Origin: Candidatus Dormiibacterota bacterium
Lineage (GTDB): Bacteria; Chloroflexota; Dormibacteria; Aeolococcales; Bog-877
DNA length: 33,489 bases
Reading direction: 5' to 3'
Assembly: GCA_030038765.1 (NCBI GenBank)
Contig: JASHRA010000022.1
Location: 1 to 33,489, forward strand
The notes below the pieces were generated by a model that made no database searches, was not told the origin of the DNA, and worked only from the letters and a program-made list of their open reading frames with translations. Each line of letters begins with the position of its first letter. The first letter of the stretch is position 1. Position numbers and translations under genes: made by a program. This document shows positions 7,587 to 15,936 of the stretch, one piece after another.

Positions 7587-7778
7587 TCAGCGGGGGGAGC
7601 CGAGCCCGCGGCCGCGGGCGGCCAGCGCCGCCAGGGCGAAGGCGCAGAGGGCCAGGGCCATGGCGAGCGCCTGGAGGCTGAGGTGCTTGGCGCCCTCGGT
7701 CCAGGACAGGGCCAGGGCCAGGGCGAAGAGGACCGCCGCCAGTGTCGCCAGCGTGGCGCGCCGGTTCGGCACCGCCAA
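7587..7778 (-). CDS. Small two-helix membrane protein (63 aa), hypothetical
   Basis: TTG start (a GTG two codons later is also possible). Two hydrophobic helices are present. Nearly every third codon position is G/C. No SD seen. Confidence 0.45.
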   Translation of the reverse strand: MAVPNRRATLATLAAVLFALALALSWTEGAKHLSLQALAMALALCAFALAALAARGRGLGSPR

Positions 7779-7866
7779 AGGTTAGCCGCGGCAGGTGACG
7801 GGGAGGGCGAAACGGCGGCCCCGGGCCAGCGTTCCCCAGCCTGGAGGGTCGGCACGGAGGTGCTCG

Positions 7867-8520
7867 ATGGTGGCGCGCCGCGACCCGGTGCTGGTGGACC
7901 TGCTCCACCGCTACGGCCGGACCTTCGCCCAGGAGGTCGGGATCCGGCTCGGGCGGGGCGGCCCCGGCCCCCTCTTCCAGCTCCTCTGCGCCTCCACCCT
8001 GTACGGGGCCCGGATCTCGGCGACGATCGCCACCGCTGCCGCCCGGGCCCTCATCGAGGCGGGCTGGACCACCCCGGCCAGGATGGCCGCCAGCAGCTGG
8101 GAGGAGCGCACCCGGGTCCTCAACCGCAGCGGCTACGCGCGCTACGACGAGAGCACCTCGCGGCGTCTCGGGGCCATGGCCGAGAAGCTGGAGCGCGACT
8201 ACGGCGGCGACCTCCGGCGCCTGCGCCGGGAGGCCGGCGGCGAGGCGCGCGAGGAGCGCCGGCTGCTGCGGCGCTTCACCGGCGTGGGCGAGGTCAGCGT
8301 CGACATCTTCTTCCGCGAGCTCCAGGGCGTCTGGCCCGAGCTCTACCCCTTCGCCGACTCCAGGGCGCTCAAGGCTGCCGCCCAGCTGGGTCTGCCCCGG
8401 ACCGCCGGCGGCCTGGCCGGGCTGGTGCCGCGGGGCCAGCTGCCGACGCTGGTGGCGGCGCTGGTGCGCTGCGAGCTGGACAAGGGCCATCGGGAGCGGG
8501 AGCGCTCCCGGCGCCGCTAG
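7867..8520 (+). CDS. HhH-GPD / endonuclease III-like base-excision-repair-fold protein
   Basis: Track ORF 7795..8520; ATG 7867 follows SD GGAGG with 7-nt spacing. A helix-hairpin-helix-like FTGVGEVSVDIFFRE is present. The family call is tentative. Confidence 0.6.
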   Translation: MVARRDPVLVDLLHRYGRTFAQEVGIRLGRGGPGPLFQLLCASTLYGARISATIATAAARALIEAGWTTPARMAASSWEERTRVLNRSGYARYDESTSRRLGAMAEKLERDYGGDLRRLRREAGGEAREERRLLRRFTGVGEVSVDIFFRELQGVWPELYPFADSRALKAAAQLGLPRTAGGLAGLVPRGQLPTLVAALVRCELDKGHRERERSRRR

Positions 8521-10070
8521 GCGGCGGGGGGCCGGCCGGCCAGGTGCTCGGCCAGGCGCGAGGCCAGGGCCATGATGGTGAGGGCGGGGTTGGCACTCCC
8601 CTGGGTGGGGCAGACGCTGCCGTCGGCGATGTAGAGGTTCTCCACCGCCCAGGTGCGCTGCCAGCGGTCGACCACGCTGTGGTCCGGCGCCGTGCCCATG
8701 CGGGCGCCCCCGATGAGGTGGGCGTAGCGGCGGATGGTGAGCACGTCCTGGGCGCCGGCCGCCTCCAGGATGTGCCGGGCGATCCTCCCCGAGTACTCCT
8801 GGTTGGCCCGGTCGTTCTCACCCAGGCCGTGGTCGAAGCGGGCCACCGGGAGACCGTGGGCGTCCCGGTCGTCGGCCAGGGTGACCCGGTTCTCGGCCTG
8901 GGGAAGGAACTCGTTGAGGACCCCGACGGTGGTCCAGTGGTTGTAGTCCCGCATGTACTCGCGGAGGCCGCGCCCCCAGTGCCCCTCGGCGGCCACGTGC
9001 TCGGCCCAGCCGATGGGCAGCGGAGAGACGGTCTGGATGCTGAAGCCCCGCGCGAAGCCACGCCCCGGGTCGGTCTCGTAGAAGTCCTCCGAGCTGACCT
9101 CCGGGGGCGGCCCCTTGTACATCCGGAGCTCGTCCGGGAAGCGGCCCGCGCTCTGGGTCGCGCCCTGGACCATGACGTAGCGGCCCACCTGGTCCTCGTT
9201 GTTGCAGAGGCCGCCGGGGAAGCCGGGCGCGGCGGAGTTGAGGAGCAGGCGCGGGGTCTCGATGGAGTAGCAGGCGAGGGCCACCAGGCGGGCCCGCTGG
9301 CGACGCTCGGCCAGCTCACCTCGGGCAAAGTAGGAGACGCCGCTGGCGCGCCCGCTGGAGTCGAGGACCACCCGGGAGGCCATGCAGTCGGCGCGGATCT
9401 CGGCCCCGTGGGCCAGGGCGTCGGGCAGGTGGGTGACCAGTGGGCTCGCCTTGGCGCCGACCTTGCAGCCCTGGAGGCAGAAGCCCCGGTAGATACAGTG
9501 GGGACGGTTGCCGAAGGTCCCGTTGACGATCGCCACCGGGCCCACCCGCATCCGAATCCCGAGCCGCTCCGCGCCCCGCCACACGACCTGGGCGGCCTGG
9601 CTGACGGGGTGGGGCGCGTGGGGGTAGTCGTGGGGATCCCCCCAGGGCCAGTGCTGACCCGCCACCGGCAGCTCCAGCTCCACCCGCTCGTAGTGGGCGG
9701 CCAGCTCGGGGTAGCGCAGCGGCCAGTCGGCCCCCACCCCGTCCAGGGTGCGGGTGCAGAAGTCGGAGGGGTGGAAGCGGGGCACGTAGCCGGCGAAGTG
9801 GACCATCGAGCCGCCCACGCCCCGGCCGCTGTTGTTCTTGCCCAGCTCGACCGGGTCGGTGCCGCCGATGACGCGGCGCTCGGTCCAGTAGAGGTGGTGC
9901 GAGCCGGCCTCGTCGCTGACCCAGTCACGGTCCGGGTGCCAGAAGGGCCCCGCCTCCAGCACCACCACCGACCAGCCCCTCCGGGCCAGGCGCTGGGCCA
10001 GCACCGAACCGCCAGCGCCGGCGCCGACGACGCAGACGTCGACCTCGTCGTCGTCGCGGTAGCGGCGCAT
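8517..10070 (-). CDS. GMC-family FAD-dependent oxidoreductase
   Basis: Track ORF 8517..10169; ATG 10070 follows SD GGGGGAGG. Rossmann motif DVCVVGAGAGGS and C-terminal GMC motifs (HLIGGARMG, NLYIADGSVCPT). A GTG at 10169 (GTGA overlap) is an alternative start. Confidence 0.85.
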   Translation of the reverse strand: MRRYRDDDEVDVCVVGAGAGGSVLAQRLARRGWSVVVLEAGPFWHPDRDWVSDEAGSHHLYWTERRVIGGTDPVELGKNNSGRGVGGSMVHFAGYVPRFHPSDFCTRTLDGVGADWPLRYPELAAHYERVELELPVAGQHWPWGDPHDYPHAPHPVSQAAQVVWRGAERLGIRMRVGPVAIVNGTFGNRPHCIYRGFCLQGCKVGAKASPLVTHLPDALAHGAEIRADCMASRVVLDSSGRASGVSYFARGELAERRQRARLVALACYSIETPRLLLNSAAPGFPGGLCNNEDQVGRYVMVQGATQSAGRFPDELRMYKGPPPEVSSEDFYETDPGRGFARGFSIQTVSPLPIGWAEHVAAEGHWGRGLREYMRDYNHWTTVGVLNEFLPQAENRVTLADDRDAHGLPVARFDHGLGENDRANQEYSGRIARHILEAAGAQDVLTIRRYAHLIGGARMGTAPDHSVVDRWQRTWAVENLYIADGSVCPTQGSANPALTIMALASRLAEHLAGRPPAA

Positions 10071-10165
10071 GGTGGCCTCCCCCGGGAGGTCACGGCGCTG
10101 GGCGTCGAGGAGGGAGCGCGAGTCGTTCTCGGGAGGCGCCAGGGAGCCGCGCAGCAGGCGGCGCT

Positions 10166-10897
10166 TCACTCATCCCACTCCCGGGCCAGCCCCACCGGAT
10201 CCTCGGAGGTGGCGCCGGGGCGCTCGTGCGGCTCCAGCAGGCCCACGCCGGACATGCGCATGTAGCCCCGGGGATAGGCGGGGCCACCGAAGCCGATCTC
10301 GTTCCAGGCCCAGGGGTGGGAGTAGAAGGCGCTCAGGACCCAGCGCATGCAGACCAGGAAGGCGCGCTCGGGGTTGAGGCCGCCGAGGGTCTCGGCCGCG
10401 AGCTCGGCGGCGGCGAAGCGTCCCACCACCTCCTCCCGGAGGGGCTCTGAGGCGGCGGCGAAGTCGGGCCAGTCGGCCCGCCGGGCCAGGCCGTCCATGC
10501 CCGCCAGCACGAGCCGCCAGGTAGTCTCGTCCGGGGGCATGTCGGCGTACCGGAAGCCATCTTCCTTCCCCTCCGCCAGGTCACTGTCCACCATCTCAGA
10601 AACCGGCACCTTCGGATCACGGTCCTGGGCCAGGAGGGTATCGCAGAGGGCGCGCATCGTGGGCTCCTCCGAGGGCCCGAAGAAGCGCATCCGGGAAGGC
10701 GGGCGGAGGCGGGCCTCGACCACTTCCCGCGTGGCCCGGTCCCAGGACGAGGCGTTCTCCATGACGTCGTAGTCGGGATAGCGACCGATCATCTGGGCCG
10801 TGGTGCCGCGCCGCTGCCGGGGCAGCCAGGAGGGGTGCGGGGGGCGGTGGTCGGCCCTGAGGTTGGGCAGGTGCTCTCCCAGGCGGATCTCCGGCAC
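10166..10897 (-). CDS. Gluconate 2-dehydrogenase subunit-3-family protein (small partner of GMC dehydrogenases)
   Basis: The sequence RYPDYDVMENASSWDRATREVVEARL... is typical of this family, and the gene sits immediately upstream of a GMC oxidoreductase. No Tat/Sec signal is visible. The start is GTG 10897 (SD GGGAG) or ATG 10792. Confidence 0.7.
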   Translation of the reverse strand: MPEIRLGEHLPNLRADHRPPHPSWLPRQRRGTTAQMIGRYPDYDVMENASSWDRATREVVEARLRPPSRMRFFGPSEEPTMRALCDTLLAQDRDPKVPVSEMVDSDLAEGKEDGFRYADMPPDETTWRLVLAGMDGLARRADWPDFAAASEPLREEVVGRFAAAELAAETLGGLNPERAFLVCMRWVLSAFYSHPWAWNEIGFGGPAYPRGYMRMSGVGLLEPHERPGATSEDPVGLAREWDE

Positions 10898-11239
10898 TCA
10901 GGGCTCCCGGCGCAGGAGCGAGGCCAGCAGCCCCAGGCCGCCCACGATCGTCATCAGTCCCGGCGCCAGGAAGGGCGGGCCCATGGGCACGTTGTAGGAG
11001 GCGTGTCGCCAACCGCCCGGGCGCCGCGAGATGCCGCGGAGGTGGAAGTACTCCCCCAGCAGACCGTCCAGGGCGTAGGCCGCCGAGGCCACCGGCAGCA
11101 CCCGCTTGGCCCAGCGCCGGCTGGCGACGCCGGCCAGCCCGGAGGCCACCAGCGGCGGGGCCAGCAGCACCGGGCTCCACATGATGCGGTTGCCGTAGCT
11201 GGCGCGGTAGTGCTCGATGGCGATCTCGGCTGACGTCAC
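10898..11239 (-). CDS. Small membrane protein, first gene of the GMC operon
   Basis: 113 aa from GTG 11239, with hydrophobic helices and G/C third positions. The frame stays open upstream to ~11344 and encodes another helix-like stretch (LSGITALAALV). An SD-like GGGGAGG lies 4 nt before a CTG at 11315-11317, so the real start may be non-canonical. Confidence 0.55.
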   Translation of the reverse strand: MTSAEIAIEHYRASYGNRIMWSPVLLAPPLVASGLAGVASRRWAKRVLPVASAAYALDGLLGEYFHLRGISRRPGGWRHASYNVPMGPPFLAPGLMTIVGGLGLLASLLRREP

Positions 11240-11342
11240 CAGGGCGGCCAGCGCGGTGATCCCGGAGAGGGCACGCTCGAAGCGCCCGTGGGCGATGTCC
11301 CACTCGGCCAGGTCCAGCCCGCCTCCCCGGGGGCGGCCTCGC

Positions 11343-13133
11343 TCAGCGGTGTGGGGCGAACTCGTCGACCTTCTCCCGCAGGGCGGCGATGGCCCCCCGC
11401 AGACCGGCCCTGGGCTCGGCCGCGAGGGAGGAGGCGAAGGCGCGCGCCTGCTCCATCGTCACGTGCGGCGGCAGGGGCGGCTCCTCCGGGTCGGTGAGGG
11501 CATCGATGACCACCGGGCCCTCGGCCGCCAGCGCGCGCTCCCAGGCCTCGTCGATCTCCTCGGGCCGCTCCACCCGGATCCCCTGGAGCCCGATCAGGCG
11601 CGCGTAGGCGGCGTAGTCCAGGGGCGGGATGCGCTGCGAGTCCTCGAACTTGGGGTCCCCCTCCATGACCCGCTGCTCCCAGGTGACCTGGTTGAGGTCC
11701 TCGTTGTTCAGCACCAGCACCACGAGGCGCGGGTCGCTCCACTCGGAGCGGTAGCGGCAGGCGGTCAGGAGCTCGGCCATGCCCCCCATCTGCATGGCCC
11801 CGTCGCCGACCGTGGCCACCGCCAGCCGGTCCGGGAAGGCGAACTTGGCGGCGATGGCGTAGGGCACGCCCGGCCCCATCGTGGCGAGGTTGCCGGAGAG
11901 GGAGAGCTTCATCCCGCTCCGGGCCCGCAGCTGGCGGGCGAACCAGTTCGCCGCCGAGCCCGAGTCGGAGGTCACGATGGCGTCCTGGGGCAGGCGCCGC
12001 GACATGGCGGCGAAGAGCGCCTGGGGTCGCAGGCGGCCGTTCTGCAGCCGGGGCTCGGCCTGGTCCTCCATCAGCCGCCACCAGTCCGCGACGCTGCTCT
12101 CGATCTGCTCCCGCCAGCTCCCGTCGCTCCTCTCCCGGAGCCGGGGGAGCAGCGCGCGCAGGGTCTCGGCGCTGTCCCCGACCAGGGCCAGCTCCATGGG
12201 GTAGCGCAGGCTCAGCATGCGGGCGTCGATGTCCACCTGGACCCCGCGGGCCCGCCCCTCCTGGGGCAGGAACTCGGCGTAGGGGAAGCTGCTGCCCACC
12301 ATCAGCAGCGTGTCGCAGCCCTGCATCAGCTCCCAGCTGGGACGCGTGCCGAGGAGACCGATGCCGCCCGTGCAGTAGGGAACGTCGTCGGGCAGGACGC
12401 CCTTGCCGAGCAGCGCCTTGGCCACCCCGGCGCCGAGCCGCTCCGCCACCTGGGCCACCTCCGAGCTGGCCCCGAGAGCCCCCTGGCCGACCAGCATGGC
12501 GACCCGCTCCCCGGCGTTCAGGATCTCCGCTGCCGCGTCCAGGTCCTGCTCCCGGGGCAGCACCCGGGGCGGCCAGTAGCCCACCCCAGAGTGGGCCGTG
12601 TGGGTGGCGTGGGGAGGCTCCTCGGCGGCCATGTCCTGGACGTCGGCGGGCAGGATGATGCAGGTCACGGTGCGCTCCGCCGCCGCCGTGCGCAGGGCAC
12701 GGTCGACGACGTGGCGCAGCGCCGAGGGGGTGTTGACCTGCTCGCAGAAGGAGCCGGCCACGTCGGCGAAGAGCTGGAGCAGCTTCACCTCCTGCTGGAA
12801 GGCGGAGCCCAGGGCCCGGACGTAGGTCTGGCCGACGATGGCCAGCACCGGCTGGTGGTCCAGCTTGGCGTCGTAGAGCCCGTTCAGCAGGTGGATCGCG
12901 CCCGGACCCGAGGTGGCCATGCAGACCCCGGTCTCGCCGGTGAACTTGGCGTGCGCCGTGGCCATGAAGGCGGCCATCTCCTCGTGCCGGGTCTGGACCA
13001 GGCGGAGCCCGTCCCGGTGGCGCTCCAGGGCGCCCATGACCCCGTTGATGCCGTCCCCGGGGTAGCCGAAGACGTGCCTCACCCCCCACTGCTCCAGGCG
13101 CTCGCAGAGCGCGTCCCCGACCGTCCTGCTCAC
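11343..13133 (-). CDS. Thiamine-pyrophosphate enzyme, pyruvate oxidase / pyruvate dehydrogenase (quinone) PoxB-like
   Basis: 596 aa with a GTG start after SD GGAGAGG. N-terminal GYPGDGINGVM...ATSGPGAIHLLNGLYDA and the TPP-binding motif GDGAMQM...NN. Confidence 0.85.
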   Translation of the reverse strand: MSRTVGDALCERLEQWGVRHVFGYPGDGINGVMGALERHRDGLRLVQTRHEEMAAFMATAHAKFTGETGVCMATSGPGAIHLLNGLYDAKLDHQPVLAIVGQTYVRALGSAFQQEVKLLQLFADVAGSFCEQVNTPSALRHVVDRALRTAAAERTVTCIILPADVQDMAAEEPPHATHTAHSGVGYWPPRVLPREQDLDAAAEILNAGERVAMLVGQGALGASSEVAQVAERLGAGVAKALLGKGVLPDDVPYCTGGIGLLGTRPSWELMQGCDTLLMVGSSFPYAEFLPQEGRARGVQVDIDARMLSLRYPMELALVGDSAETLRALLPRLRERSDGSWREQIESSVADWWRLMEDQAEPRLQNGRLRPQALFAAMSRRLPQDAIVTSDSGSAANWFARQLRARSGMKLSLSGNLATMGPGVPYAIAAKFAFPDRLAVATVGDGAMQMGGMAELLTACRYRSEWSDPRLVVLVLNNEDLNQVTWEQRVMEGDPKFEDSQRIPPLDYAAYARLIGLQGIRVERPEEIDEAWERALAAEGPVVIDALTDPEEPPLPPHVTMEQARAFASSLAAEPRAGLRGAIAALREKVDEFAPHR

Positions 13134-13302
13134 TGCGGCACCTCTCCACCGCCAGCCGATCCCGACGGCACCTGCCGTCGCCGCGGTGCCCCGTCTAACG
13201 TGGGCGCACGGCCCCCGTTTCGACCTCGCCCCGATCCAGCGACGGCGGCCGGGCCGGGCGCCGATACGATCCTCGACAGAGGTCCGAGTCTGGAGGTGGC
13301 GC

Positions 13303-14247
13303 GTGCCCAGAGCCCCCGGGGAGGCCGACCAAGGACCCGGGCCGCTGCCCTCGGGCGTCCAATCCGAGATCCGCCAGGGGGAGCAGCGGGCGGTGGTGAC
13401 CGAGGTGGGAGCGAGCCTGCGCCAGTACTGGGTCGGCTCGGAGCCGCTCCTGGACGGGTTCGAGGCGGAGGAGCGCAGCCAGGACGGCCGCGGCCAGCTG
13501 CTGCTGCCCTGGCCGAACCGGATCCGCCAGGGTCGCTACCGCTTCCAGGGACGGGACCAGCAGCTGCCGCTCAGCGAGCCGGCACGGGGCAACGCCATCC
13601 ACGGGCTGGTGCGCTGGGAGCGCTGGCAGTTGACCGAGAGGGAGCCCCACCTGGTCCGGCTGCGGCACCTGCTCCACCCCCAGCCCGGCTACGACTTCAC
13701 CCTGGAGCTGGAGGCGAGCTGGTCGCTGGGGCCGGACGGCCTCCGCCACGATCTGCGCGCCACCAACGTGGGCGCCTCCCCCCTCCCCTTCGGGTCCGGC
13801 GCCCACCCCTACCTCCGGCTCCCCGGGCTGGACCTGGACCGCTGCTGGCTCAGGGCGCCGGCCTCGCTCTGGCTGGAGTCCGACCCCGATGGCATCCCCC
13901 GGGGCACGCCCCGGGAGGTCTCGGGAACCGGGATGGACCTGCGCCGGCCCCGGCCGCTGGCGGGGCTGCGGCTCGACACCGCCTTCAGCGGCCTGGAGTG
14001 CCGCGCCGGTCGCTGGACGGTCGAGCTGAGCTCCCCCGGGACCGCGCATCGGCTCCAGCTCTGGGCCGACGCCGGCCACCCCTACCTCATGCTCTTCACC
14101 GGGGACTCCCTGCCCCACCGCCGCCGCCAGGGCATCGGGGTGGAGCCCATGACCTGCGCGCCCGATGCCTTCCGCAGCGGGGCGGGGCTGCTGACGCTGG
14201 AGCCGGGGGAGACGTTCCGGGGCAGCTGGGGCATCCGCTACACATGA
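13303..14247 (+). CDS. Aldose 1-epimerase (galactose mutarotase-like) family protein
   Basis: Track ORF 13186..14247; GTG 13303 follows SD GGAGGTGG. The sequence LLPWPNRI...GNAIHGL...GAHPYL is typical of the family. Confidence 0.8.
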   Translation: MPRAPGEADQGPGPLPSGVQSEIRQGEQRAVVTEVGASLRQYWVGSEPLLDGFEAEERSQDGRGQLLLPWPNRIRQGRYRFQGRDQQLPLSEPARGNAIHGLVRWERWQLTEREPHLVRLRHLLHPQPGYDFTLELEASWSLGPDGLRHDLRATNVGASPLPFGSGAHPYLRLPGLDLDRCWLRAPASLWLESDPDGIPRGTPREVSGTGMDLRRPRPLAGLRLDTAFSGLECRAGRWTVELSSPGTAHRLQLWADAGHPYLMLFTGDSLPHRRRQGIGVEPMTCAPDAFRSGAGLLTLEPGETFRGSWGIRYT

Positions 14248-15350
14248 GCGACGGCCCCCTGATCGAGGCCCTCGAGGTGAGCGCCCACACCATCCCCACC
14301 GAGCTCCCGGAGGCCGACGGGACGCTCCGCTGGGACCGCACCACGGTGGTCCTGGTCCGGGTCCGGGACAGCGCTGGCGGCGGGGGCCTGGGCTACGCCT
14401 ATGGCACCCCCGCCATGGTCCGGCTGATCGAGGAGGTGCTGGAGCCGGAGCTGCGCGGCCTCTCCCTGGAGCGACCCCGGGAGGCCTGGCTCCGGATGGT
14501 GCGCGCGGTCCGCAACCTGGGCCGCCCCGGCCTCTGCTCCATGGCCATCTCGGCGGTCGACATCTGCCTCTGGGACGCCCTGGCGCGCCACCGCCGGCTT
14601 CCCCTGCACCGACTCCTGGGAGGCTCTCGCGACCGCCTCCCCATCTACGGCAGCGGTGGCTTCACCAGCTACGACGACGCCCAGCTGGAGCGCCAGCTGG
14701 GCGGCTGGGCAGAGGCCGGCATCCCGCGCGTCAAGATGAAGATCGGCGTCGACCGGGGCCGGGACCCGGAGGAGGACCTTCGCCGCATCGGCCTGGCCCG
14801 GCGCTGCGTCGGCGACGGCGTGGAGCTGATGGTCGACGCCAACGGCGCCTACGACCGCACGACGGCGCTCCGCCTCGGCCTGGAGGCGGCCCGGCGGTGG
14901 GCCGTCGTCTGGTTCGAGGAGCCGGTCAGCTCCGACGACCTGGAGGGTCTCCGGCAGCTGCGCCAGGCGCTGCCGCTGGACCTGGCGGCGGGCGAGTACG
15001 GCTACCAGCTGAGCTACTTCCAGCAGATGCTGGGGGCCGGCGCGGTGAGCGTGCTCCAGGCCGACGTCTCCCGCTGCGGCGGGATCACGGAGTGGCTGCG
15101 GGTGGCGGACGCCGCCGCCGCCGCCCAGGTCCCGCTCTCCTCCCACTGCGGCCAGACCCTCCACCTGGCGGCCGCGTCGGTGGCGCCCAATCTCCGCCAC
15201 CTGGAGTACTTCCACGACCACCAGCGCATCGACGAGATGCTCTTCGAGGGCCTGCCCCGGCGCCTCGGGGGAGAGCTGGAGCTCTCCCCCGAGGCGGGTC
15301 TCGGCCTCCAGGTGAAGGAGTCGGCGGCGGCCGCCTGCCGCGTTTCCTGA
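14244..15350 (+). CDS. Enolase-superfamily enzyme (mandelate racemase / muconate lactonizing, acid-sugar dehydratase-like)
   Basis: This is the last 369 codons of track ORF 11217..15350. ATG 14244 overlaps the epimerase stop (ATGA). Motifs: VKMKIG (KxK), [18 protein letters not shown]. Confidence 0.85.
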   Translation: MSDGPLIEALEVSAHTIPTELPEADGTLRWDRTTVVLVRVRDSAGGGGLGYAYGTPAMVRLIEEVLEPELRGLSLERPREAWLRMVRAVRNLGRPGLCSMAISAVDICLWDALARHRRLPLHRLLGGSRDRLPIYGSGGFTSYDDAQLERQLGGWAEAGIPRVKMKIGVDRGRDPEEDLRRIGLARRCVGDGVELMVDANGAYDRTTALRLGLEAARRWAVVWFEEPVSSDDLEGLRQLRQALPLDLAAGEYGYQLSYFQQMLGAGAVSVLQADVSRCGGITEWLRVADAAAAAQVPLSSHCGQTLHLAAASVAPNLRHLEYFHDHQRIDEMLFEGLPRRLGGELELSPEAGLGLQVKESAAAACRVS

Positions 15351-15364
15351 GCCTCGGGCTCAGG
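15346..15364. terminator. Palindromic hairpin between convergent genes (candidate bidirectional terminator)
   Basis: CCTGAGCC-tcg-GGCTCAGG: an 8-bp perfect stem with a 3-nt loop. Each arm contains the TGA stop of the gene on its strand. No U-tract. Confidence 0.4.
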
Positions 15365-15700
15365 CCCCGCCGCCGCCGTCCGGGTGCGGCTGGCGGCCCC
15401 ACCAGTGGTGCCGGCCCACGGCCGCCACCAGCTGGAGCTTGGCGCCAGCCTCCTGGATCGCCTCGTGGAGCGCGCCCAGGCCCTCCAGGTCGACCCCGTC
15501 CCGGGCCAGGACGGCACCACCCCCTCCGGGATGCGCTCGTAGTCGAAGTGGGTGATCTTCTCGCGCAGGTGGATGTCCTCGAGCAGGGAGGGGCCGCGCT
15601 CACCCGCGCGCAGGCTGTTGTCGGTGTCGTCGACGGCGACCCCCGCGGGTGTCGTCAGCGCCTCGCCCTCCTGGGCCCAGCTGAACCCTCGGGCGGCCAT
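15360..15700 (-). pseudogene. Eroded catalase (KatE-type) remnant
   Basis: Frame A (15700..15515) encodes [62 protein letters not shown], which matches the conserved catalase N-terminal region. Reading then has to shift frame. Frame B (15515..15360) encodes [42 protein letters not shown]...*, which resembles the start and extreme end of the HPII C-terminal domain. The whole heme core is absent. Confidence 0.55.
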
Positions 15701-15842
15701 GGTCGAGGACGTTGCCCGGCGGCGCCCCCGGGCCATCCCCGGCCGCCGGTTATAGTTCGGCCTGCTGGGCGCGCCCGGGCCGGCTCGGCGCGGCCGCGGG
15801 CGGCCGGAACCGGCCGCCTCGTGCACGGAGAGCGCCAGCCTG

Positions 15843-15915
15843 GCCGAGGTAGCTCAGTCGGTAGAGCACGGGTCTGAAAAACCCGGTGTCGGCGGTTCGA
15901 TTCCGCCCCTCGGCA
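15843..15915 (+). tRNA. tRNA-Phe (anticodon GAA)
   Basis: The 73-nt cloverleaf folds perfectly by hand: acceptor GCCGAGG/CCTCGGC, D stem GCTC/GAGC, anticodon stem CGGGT/ACCCG with loop CTGAAAA, T stem GGCGG/CCGCC with TTCGATT, discriminator A. The 3' CCA is not encoded (CCG follows). Confidence 0.95.
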
Positions 15916-15936
15916 CCGGCGGCGCCGGCGGCCCGG

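Noticed and set aside
3480-10265. Long shadow ORFs 3480..5531 (+), 7683..10265 (+), 8369..10093 (-) and 7537..8490 (-). Similar shadows lie elsewhere at 11236..13149 (-), 26390..27940 (-), 29357..31060 (-), 19252..20316 (-), 16093..17232 (+) and 18429..20168 (+)
   Set aside because: All overlap genes that have strong motif support on the other strand or in another frame. Their translations are dominated by R/P/G/A and lack recognisable domains. The G/C third-position signal belongs to the overlapping real genes.
11217-15350. 1377-aa plus-strand ORF in the track
   Set aside because: Only the last 369 codons (from ATG 14244) have a recognisable fold (enolase superfamily). The upstream part is antisense to the PoxB-like gene or out of frame with the epimerase. 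It is Arg/Pro/Gly/Ala-rich low-complexity sequence, the usual stop-free shadow in high-GC DNA.
15014-15826. 270-aa minus-strand ORF as an intact gene
   Set aside because: Only residues 43-104 resemble a protein family (catalase N-terminus). The rest is antisense to the enolase-family gene. I reinterpreted it as a deleted and frameshifted catalase remnant (15360-15700).
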